From an uncultured bacterium (lineage in GTDB: Bacteria; Margulisbacteria; WOR-1; CAVSGV01): a stretch of DNA of 32,000 nt. Where the stretch lies: positions 510,001 through 542,000 of the forward strand of contig OY969425.1 in NCBI GenBank assembly GCA_963699255.1. The letters run 5' to 3'. Each line of letters opens with the position of its first letter. Position 1 is the first letter of the stretch. The notes beneath the pieces are model-generated. The model was given only the letters and a program-made list of their open reading frames with translations. It did no database searches and was not told the origin of the DNA. Shown here piece by piece: positions 26,251 through 32,000 of this stretch. Both the position numbers and the translations under genes were made by a program.

Positions 26251-26912
26251 TTATCTTCCTTTGAACAGATTCGTCACAAAATCCGCGGCTATGTCCTTGC
26301 AGCCAAGCCCGAATGCTATGGCGAAAGCAAGCCCTACCGCTCCCACTATGACGCTGAACGACGCCACGATGATCGCGGAAGATATGCCCAGTATTTCCAG
26401 CGCTTTCAAAAACCCGAAAACATTGACGGCATACTGCGATATCTTAGCAAGAGTCTTCGTGTTAGACAGCCCCACATTATTAGCTATGACCGTCACCACG
26501 CCCGCAATCACAACGGACAGCAGAAGGGAAAGCGCCATGATAAAAGCGGCCGCGACCACCATAACGGAATAATTAAGGAGCATGTTCAAAAGGTCCTTTG
26601 AATTTGACGGGCCAAAGGCCATGGCTATAGCCGTGACCGAGATGAAGATCGCGATCCAATAAACCATGTCCCCAAGAAGATCGGAAGGAGATTCTTTATC
26701 TCCCCTCTGGTCAGGAACGGCGTGAACCCGATCGCGGAAAGGCCTTTATCGAGCATTACCGCTTTTAATATGGAGACAACTATGATCTGCAGGCCTTTGG
26801 CGATAAGAAGGGCGATCAGAAGAAGTACCAGGGAAATTATAAGATTGATAAGCAAAGGAGAGATCATGTTCGAAACATCCAGAACTGAACTAAGGATAGC
26901 CTGTAAACTCAT
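26251..26912 (-). pseudogene. 'conserved TM helix' (PF05552-like) membrane protein interrupted by a frameshift
   Basis: Track ORFs 26625..26912 and 26251..26667 overlap in different frames. The downstream frame is open from 26739 and reads ...GDKESPSDLLGDMVYWIAIF..., the family's typical helix-flanking segment. One extra G in the G4 run (plus-strand cccc, 26702-26705) would fuse both frames into one ~220-aa protein. Confidence 0.55.
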
Positions 26913-26992
26913 TATTTTACTCCCCTCTCGTAATTAGACATTGGATAATGGGAAATTGAAAACATGAGAAAGATTAGTTCTGTACCACCCCC

Positions 26993-27209
26993 TTATATCA
27001 AGGACAGTATTAATGATACCAGCATAAAAACCCCGGCGCAAGCATAAGTTATTTTGTCTAGCCCTTCCTCAAGGCCTTTTTGTGTGCCGAAGATACCTGG
27101 CCTGACCGCCGATCCCTCCGAGGCCTTCACCCTTTGCCGAATGCAGAAGTATCGCCGCAATAAGTAATATCGCCGAGATCACCTGGATAAAAAGTAAAAA
27201 GCCTTTCAC
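26993..27209 (-). pseudogene. secG: preprotein translocase subunit SecG, interrupted by a 1-nt frameshift (not in the ORF track)
   Basis: GTG at 27209 opens MKGFLLFIQVISAILLIAAILLHSAKGEGLGGIGGQA. The frame then runs into a TGA at 27071-27069. The +1 frame from 27097 reads GIFGTQKGLEEGLDKITYACAGVFMLVSLILSLI* (stop 26995-26993). Together these give a canonical 71-aa two-TM SecG. The total length of 217 nt equals 72 codons plus 1 nt. Confidence 0.65.
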
Positions 27210-27218
27210 TGGGCAGAA

Positions 27219-27246
27219 AGTTTATCACAGCACTTCGGCTTGTCAA
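27219..27246 (-). promoter_or_regulatory. candidate promoter of secG
   Basis: On the minus strand: TTGACA (27246-27241), a 16-nt spacer, TAAACT (27224-27219), then 9 nt to the GTG at 27209. No Shine-Dalgarno sequence. Confidence 0.4.
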
Positions 27247-27371
27247 GCATAAAAAAGAGAGGTGAGATGTGAGATGCTAAATAGGCATTCATTAGAATGT
27301 CATTTTCCATAGAGCAGAGCTTGCCCGCAGAGATGCTCCGCATTCTTGCGGGGCTTGCCTCTGCGAACCGA

Positions 27372-27806
27372 TCAATCATATCCGTTCGTTTCGAATATCG
27401 GGCTCCCTTTGATCAATACCCTGCCGTCATTCCCGACGGTCGCTCTCCCGTTCTGTTTCGGACCGACCGAATAGACGACATAGCTCTCCTTGTTAGCCGA
27501 GATCTCATAGGGGTACATGCTGCACATTGTCTTCCCGAAAGGATCAAAAAGATCGCAAAAGATCACGGTTGGCTTTGCGTACGACAGGATCCTTTGATAA
27601 TCCCCTTTTCTTGGGCAGATCTTATTCTCCTGCTGGTATGAATCAAGGGCGAACTTCAGCGTTTTCAGGTCTCCTTTTGCCCTGGCGATCTTTGCCTCCG
27701 TCTGCATGCCTATCACCTTCGCAGCCGCCATCAAATAAATGATGGCTATGACAGCTATAACTATAAGCACTTCTATTAGTGTCATTCCTTTGCTTGTCTT
27801 TCTCAT
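27372..27806 (-). CDS. prepilin-type N-terminal cleavage/methylation domain protein (GspG/PulG-like pseudopilin or type IV pilin)
   Basis: 144 aa. 'MRKTSKG|[16 protein letters not shown]' has Gly at -1 and Glu at +5. '[24 protein letters not shown]' is GspG-like. The ATG overlaps the gpmI stop (ATGA at 27803-27806). Confidence 0.75.
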   Translation of the reverse strand: MRKTSKGMTLIEVLIVIAVIAIIYLMAAAKVIGMQTEAKIARAKGDLKTLKFALDSYQQENKICPRKGDYQRILSYAKPTVIFCDLFDPFGKTMCSMYPYEISANKESYVVYSVGPKQNGRATVGNDGRVLIKGSPIFETNGYD

Positions 27807-29323
27807 ATTATTAATGACCTCCCTGTCATTTCAGTCGGTTGTTTTATCCCGAGCATTTCCAGCATTGTCGGAGCTATATCGGCCAGGATCCCGTCGCCCC
27901 GGAGTTTGATGTTCTTCTTATCGGATATCAGCACGAACGGCACCCTGTCGCAGGTGTGCGCGGTATGGGGGCCGTGAGTTACCGGATCGTACATCTGCTC
28001 GGCGTTCCCGTGGTCAGCCGTAATGAGCGTTGCCCCTCCCAGCTTTCTGACCAGGTCCACCACCCTGCCGACAGATATATTCACCGCGGTAACCGCGGCG
28101 ATCGCGGCATTCAGGATCCCGGTATGTCCCACCATGTCGCAGTTCGCGTAATTCATTATCACGACATCATATTTTCCGCTTTCTATTTCTTTCAGCACTC
28201 TGTCCGTCACTTCGTACGCGCTCATTTCCGGTTTCAGGTCATAAGTAGCAACTTTTGGGGACGGGATCAGGACCCTATCCTCATTCGGATAAGGTTTTTC
28301 CACTCCCCCGTTGAAAAAGAAGGTAACGTGAGCATATTTTTCCGTTTCCGCGATGCGCAGCTGTTTTAATCCGTTCCTGCTCAGGACCTCAGATAAAATA
28401 CTTTTTAATTCCTGCGGAGCATATGCAACAGGCGCGTCAATAGTTACATCATATTGGGTCAGGCACACAAAATGGACCTTTGGATGCGTTTTTCTTTTAA
28501 AACCCTTGAAGTCCTTATCCGTAAAACATCGGGTTATTTCCCTGGCTCTGTCGCCCCTGAAATTGAAGAAGATCAACGAATCATTGTCGGATATTCTCGG
28601 GCTTCCTTTAATTATTATCGGTTTAATGAATTCATCGGTCTCTTTGCGGTCATAAGCATTCTGCATCGCGTTTACGGCATCGTTTTCTTCGATCCCGATG
28701 CCGCTTGTCAGAGAATCATAAGCTTTTTCCACTCTCTCCCATCTGTTATCCCTGTCCATTGCGTAATAACGTCCGATTATCGTCGCGATCTTTCCAACCC
28801 CGCGAGCTCCTATCTCTTTCTGCAGCTCCTCGATATATCTTTTCCCGCTTTCAGGCGGCGTGTCCCTGCCATCCATGAAGCAGTGGACATAAACATTATC
28901 GATATTATTACGTTTTGCCAGGTCAAGAAGGGCGTAAAGATGCTTGTTGTCGCTGTGTACCCCTCCGTCGGAGACAAGTCCCATTATGTGGAGGTTCGAC
29001 CTGTTCTTTTTTACATTATTGACGGCGCCGAGCAGGACCTTGTTGGAGAAAAAATCGCCGTCCTTTATCGACTTGGTTATCCTTGTGAGTTCCTGGTAAA
29101 CGACCCTTCCCGCGCCGATGTTAAGGTGCCCAACTTCCGAATTCCCCATCTGCCCTTCCGGCAGCCCGACGGATCCCCCGGAGCATCCAAGTGATGTCGA
29201 TGGATATTGCTTGGAAAGATTATTGACTATCTGGCTTTTTGAAAGTTTTATTGCGTTTGCGTCCGCGCTGTCACGCTCTCCCCAGCCGTCCATTATGATC
29301 AACACTAAAGGCTTGACTTCCAT
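27803..29323 (-). CDS. gpmI: 2,3-bisphosphoglycerate-independent phosphoglycerate mutase
   Basis: 506 aa with 'LIIMDGWG', '[14 protein letters not shown]' and 'ADHGNAE'. Confidence 0.95.
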   Translation of the reverse strand: MEVKPLVLIIMDGWGERDSADANAIKLSKSQIVNNLSKQYPSTSLGCSGGSVGLPEGQMGNSEVGHLNIGAGRVVYQELTRITKSIKDGDFFSNKVLLGAVNNVKKNRSNLHIMGLVSDGGVHSDNKHLYALLDLAKRNNIDNVYVHCFMDGRDTPPESGKRYIEELQKEIGARGVGKIATIIGRYYAMDRDNRWERVEKAYDSLTSGIGIEENDAVNAMQNAYDRKETDEFIKPIIIKGSPRISDNDSLIFFNFRGDRAREITRCFTDKDFKGFKRKTHPKVHFVCLTQYDVTIDAPVAYAPQELKSILSEVLSRNGLKQLRIAETEKYAHVTFFFNGGVEKPYPNEDRVLIPSPKVATYDLKPEMSAYEVTDRVLKEIESGKYDVVIMNYANCDMVGHTGILNAAIAAVTAVNISVGRVVDLVRKLGGATLITADHGNAEQMYDPVTHGPHTAHTCDRVPFVLISDKKNIKLRGDGILADIAPTMLEMLGIKQPTEMTGRSLII

Positions 29324-29380
29324 TTGTTAAATGATAATAGGAAATGGAAAAATAGTAAAGTGATTAATTCGGGAGGAGGA

Positions 29381-30445
29381 TCAGATCGAGAGGCTGTATC
29401 CTTCCAGGCTTTTATTTGTTGCTATCCTGCTTATGATCTCGGCTATCAAAGGCGAGCAATCCAATATCTTAAGTTTTGGGAATATTGAACATTCAGGGAT
29501 ATTAAGCGTATTGGCCACGATCACCTTTTCGATAGGACTTTTCTGAAGTTTTTCCGGCGCATCGCCGCTAAGATATGGATGCACTCCCGCCGCGAATATA
29601 TAAGCAGGGCTGTATTTTGCCACTTCCATGGCTGTGCTTACCATTGTCCCTCCGCCATCGATCATGTCATCCACCATGACCACATATTTACGCCGAAGGG
29701 TGACTTTGGCCGGCAGATTCACCAGGTTTGCCCCAATATATTTCTTCCTGTAAATTTCCCTCTCGCAAATGGACACCATACTATTATCGCCGCTCCCTAT
29801 CTTTTCAGCCGGAAGATAGTGAAGAAGGTACTCTTCGGGCCCATATATCGCCTTTGCCCATGACCTGACCCATTTTATGCGCCCGCTGTCAGTAGCCACA
29901 AAGATCAGGTCATCAAGCGGCAAATTCTTTTTTATGTAATTCACGAAAAGTCCCTTGGTCGTTAAGGCCGCCGGGGCTGTGATCCCGACCGCTCTCATAA
30001 TGGCTTCAGCGCCGACAGTGTGCGGATCAAAAGTGATCAGCGACCGCAGTTTCCCTCCGGCCGCCTGATAAAGTTCCTGTAAAGCCAGGACAGCGGTTAT
30101 AGGTACACGGGGTTCGTCTTTTCTATCCTGCCTCAAGTACGGCATCGCTAACATCAGCAGATCTATGTCCCCGCAGGAAGCCAGGGACAATGTTTGAAGA
30201 AGAATTTTGGTCTCCATAAGATCATCATTGATGCGGCCGGTATTGGCAGTAGCCAGAACAAAAGCATGTTTATTCCTGACGCTTTCCAGGATCTTAGTAT
30301 GGGTCTCTCCAACTTTGAAGTTTGTGACCTTTACAGGGGTCAACCGAAGCCCACTTAGACCAGCAACCTTATCTGCCAGAACCGGATGGGTGCTTCCGGT
30401 CAAGAAACAGTGCCTTTTACATTCAGTTGCCGATATTGTTGTCAT
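29381..30445 (-). CDS. prs: ribose-phosphate pyrophosphokinase family protein (divergent, with insertion)
   Basis: 354 aa. The Prs N-domain carries 'MPYLRQDRKDEPRVPIT' and 'TFDPHT'. The PRPP loop is 'VVMVDDMIDGGGTM'. AGGTGA lies 6 nt upstream of the ATG. The segment preceding the PRPP loop is longer than in canonical ~315-aa Prs. Confidence 0.7.
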   Translation of the reverse strand: MTTISATECKRHCFLTGSTHPVLADKVAGLSGLRLTPVKVTNFKVGETHTKILESVRNKHAFVLATANTGRINDDLMETKILLQTLSLASCGDIDLLMLAMPYLRQDRKDEPRVPITAVLALQELYQAAGGKLRSLITFDPHTVGAEAIMRAVGITAPAALTTKGLFVNYIKKNLPLDDLIFVATDSGRIKWVRSWAKAIYGPEEYLLHYLPAEKIGSGDNSMVSICEREIYRKKYIGANLVNLPAKVTLRRKYVVMVDDMIDGGGTMVSTAMEVAKYSPAYIFAAGVHPYLSGDAPEKLQKSPIEKVIVANTLNIPECSIFPKLKILDCSPLIAEIISRIATNKSLEGYSLSI

Positions 30446-30509
30446 ATAAGATCACCTAAGCGCTTTATGCAAACACATTGAGCAGAATACAAAAAAGCAA
30501 AACCTGATA

Positions 30510-31049
30510 TTATTTTATGTCCTCAACTAAACGGAACGCATAGCCGTAAATACCGTTGGAACGGCTGTCAGGTAGATCCAAATAATGATCAAAGTGCACT
30601 CCATCCTGAGAAAAAAGAAGATCATTCGCATACATTGATCTTGAAGTCTCGGTCCATTCCCGATGTCCGTGACTTCCTGTGAATTGGTACGCCTTCGCCA
30701 GCTCATCTACGGTCGCGATCCTGAATTTTCTGCCGGTTTTTCCGTTGAGCCACCTAGCGAATGCCCTGGCATCATTCAAACTGAACGGCGTTGTAACTCT
30801 GGCACACATCGGATTGTTAAGCGCTGACAAAAGCAGATCCGCCTTGTTCCCTGTGATCTCATATCTTGATCTCAGGTTCTGGCTCTGTAAGAACTGCTTG
30901 AACAGGCCGACAGACACGGTATTATGCATTATTTTATATTTCTCACCCGTGACAGTTACAAGATTCAATTGTTCCGACACTATTTTCTTCGACAACACCC
31001 ATGTTCGGCCAACGGGAGCATAACCAACACGCATTTTCATATCAACCAT
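30510..31049 (-). CDS. small FGE/SUMF1-sulfatase-like domain protein
   Basis: 179 aa with AGGAGG 8 nt upstream of the ATG. 'LNDARAFARWLNGKTGRKFRIATVDELAKAY', 'REWTE' and the C-terminal 'YGYAFRLVEDI' match the FGE-sulfatase domain pattern (dA.ay..Wl....yRLPTe.Ewe.A ... GFRlv). Confidence 0.6.
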   Translation of the reverse strand: MVDMKMRVGYAPVGRTWVLSKKIVSEQLNLVTVTGEKYKIMHNTVSVGLFKQFLQSQNLRSRYEITGNKADLLLSALNNPMCARVTTPFSLNDARAFARWLNGKTGRKFRIATVDELAKAYQFTGSHGHREWTETSRSMYANDLLFSQDGVHFDHYLDLPDSRSNGIYGYAFRLVEDIK

Positions 31050-31171
31050 ATTAATTTCCTCCTTATAATTTATATAACATTTACCATTATGTATCGGCAG
31101 TATTGCCCGAAAATTTCAGTTTATATGATAGATTTTTAGGGAATTTAATGAGGGGAAATTCAGCGCGTTTG

Positions 31172-32000
31172 CTATTTATGTTTATGGTGTTCCTGGCGGA
31201 CGTAGCCCCAGTCCGCCGCGACCCTTTCGAAATTCTCTATATAATCGGGGTCTTTCGCTTTCTCAGGAGTGACTATTTCGACAAACTTATAATTGATGGA
31301 ATATCCCATTTCATTGAAACCGCGCAACACTTTCAAGTACTCTTCGTTCTCGGACATCTCCACCGTGAAGGATTTAAAGAAGTAACCGGTTATTACAAAA
31401 CCTTCCTTATCAAGCCCCATTATCAACGCCATGTATTTCTGATCATGGGCTTGTTCAATGCTGAGGCAATAAACCAGACTTCCGTCCACATCTATGTGCG
31501 CCTTGTGCAAGGTCACCAATGTGTCAAGAAACCCAGGATCGGAAGCTTTTTCGATCGACAGGGCATCAGCAATGTCGCCGCTTACCAGTATCTTGGCCTT
31601 TTTCAGGTCTTTCAGCGCGCTGATGAATTGCATGTTGTCAGCCTTCTCTTTGGAGAGGAGTCGTACGAATAAGCCGTCGATATGGATATGGGAGCCATGC
31701 AGATCTTTTAACGCTGAAATATACTGTGGATCCAAAGCCTTATCGATATCAAGCGCGGCCACAAGTCGGCCGCCCACATCGATATGCCCCTTATGCAGCG
31801 ATTGCAAGGCATCAATGTACTGCACGTTGGTAGCTTTTTCCGTCGAAAGAGCGTTCACAAGTTCCCCATTGACCGTGATCTTTGCTTTTCTGAGGTTTAT
31901 CAAAGCTTCAACATATCCCGGATGTTCCAGTTTTGCAGGGTCAAGCGCTTTTATCAATCCCGAGTCTATCTTTATGCCGGCCCTGCGGAGGTAGCGCAGG
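31172..32000 (-). CDS. 32-residue tandem-repeat protein (5' end outside window)
   Basis: The reading frame is open to the window edge. The track 'start' at 31957 is a TTG inside repeat 0. There are at least 8 consecutive 32-aa units with consensus Y-I-x-A-L-x-x-L-H-K-x-H-I-x-V-x-G-x-L-V-x-A-L-S-x-E-K-A-x-D-x-x, ending in a His/Lys tail (QEHHKHK*). Confidence 0.65.
   Translation of the reverse strand, partial: LRYLRRAGIKIDSGLIKALDPAKLEHPGYVEALINLRKAKITVNGELVNALSTEKATNVQYIDALQSLHKGHIDVGGRLVAALDIDKALDPQYISALKDLHGSHIHIDGLFVRLLSKEKADNMQFISALKDLKKAKILVSGDIADALSIEKASDPGFLDTLVTLHKAHIDVDGSLVYCLSIEQAHDQKYMALIMGLDKEGFVITGYFFKSFTVEMSENEEYLKVLRGFNEMGYSINYKFVEIVTPEKAKDPDYIENFERVAADWGYVRQEHHKHK
31244..31915. 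repeat. seven complete 96-nt coding tandem repeats (plus partial units on both sides)
   Basis: Protein residues 15-238 of the track ORF split exactly into 7 x 32 aa. The units degenerate toward the C-terminus. Confidence 0.8.

Noticed and set aside
26251-26912. Interpreting 26625..26912 and 26251..26667 as two genuine overlapping genes.
   Set aside because: The downstream frame stays open and family-like for 24 codons upstream of its first ATG. A single-G change in a G4 run merges both into one typical protein. A frameshift is the more economical explanation, though it remains unproven without reads.
29324-29380. TATTAT 10 nt upstream of the gpmI ATG, considered as a third leaderless-type promoter.
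   Set aside because: No plausible -35 hexamer is present at 16-18 nt, so the evidence is weaker than for mraY and secG. It is not annotated.
31103-31994. Two long plus-strand ORFs (31103..31672 and 31494..31994) antisense to the repeat gene.
   Set aside because: The minus-strand frame carries the exact 32-aa periodicity and runs open to the window edge. The antisense frames show no periodic conserved residues and are most simply explained as shadow ORFs of the repeat gene.
1-32000. Apparent excess of GATC tetranucleotides. My partial hand counts gave about 5 to 19 per kb in different 1.2-1.8 kb stretches.
   Set aside because: The counts were partial and manual. The excess may simply reflect codon usage (GAT-C, G-ATC). 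I cannot quantify it reliably without computation. It is mentioned only as context for the GCGATCGC observation.
1-32000. Search for tRNA, rRNA, tmRNA, SRP RNA, CRISPR repeats, IS elements and integrases.
   Set aside because: No T-loop-like GGTTCGAATCC-type motifs, no regularly spaced direct repeats, no terminal inverted repeats flanking an ORF, and no recombinase-like ORFs were seen. The only repeats are the OMP cassette duplication, the 96-nt coding repeats and the 24-nt nnr duplication.

Overview
Tightly packed 32-kb chromosomal window from a diderm bacterium whose lineage I cannot name. Every gene I can support is on the minus strand. I found no rRNA, tRNA, CRISPR array, transposase or integrase.

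Gene order from high to low coordinates:
- A partial protein built from 32-residue tandem repeats, running off the window end.
- A small Cys-poor FGE/SUMF1-like domain protein.
- A divergent PRPP-synthetase homolog.
- gpmI, translationally coupled to an orphan pseudopilin.
- A frameshifted secG that is missing from the ORF track.
- A frameshifted 'conserved TM helix' membrane protein.
- Two diverged copies of a 250-aa beta-barrel outer-membrane protein (OMP) cassette.
- A ~186-aa secreted protein of unknown family.
- A ~23-kb uninterrupted co-directional array: mraY-murD-ftsW-murG-murC-murB, split transketolase, dCMP deaminase, pheA, a FadL/PorV-like barrel with three C-terminal SLH domains, argS, ilvE, acpS, nnr, mlaE-mlaF-mlaD-lptD, a second copy of the unknown secreted protein, a membrane-anchored DJ-1/PfpI protein, and a GH26-like lipoprotein.

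The window is dominated by cell-envelope functions. Points most worth a second look:
- The inverted-architecture barrel-SLH protein.
- The mla-lptD-unknown-protein operon and the paralogous unknown family.
- The mosaic OMP duplication with a conserved leader.
- Two frameshifts about 400 bp apart.
- Promoters placed for leaderless translation.
- The novel 32-aa repeat protein next to a Cys-less FGE-like domain.

All functional calls come from motif recognition by eye. No database search was run.
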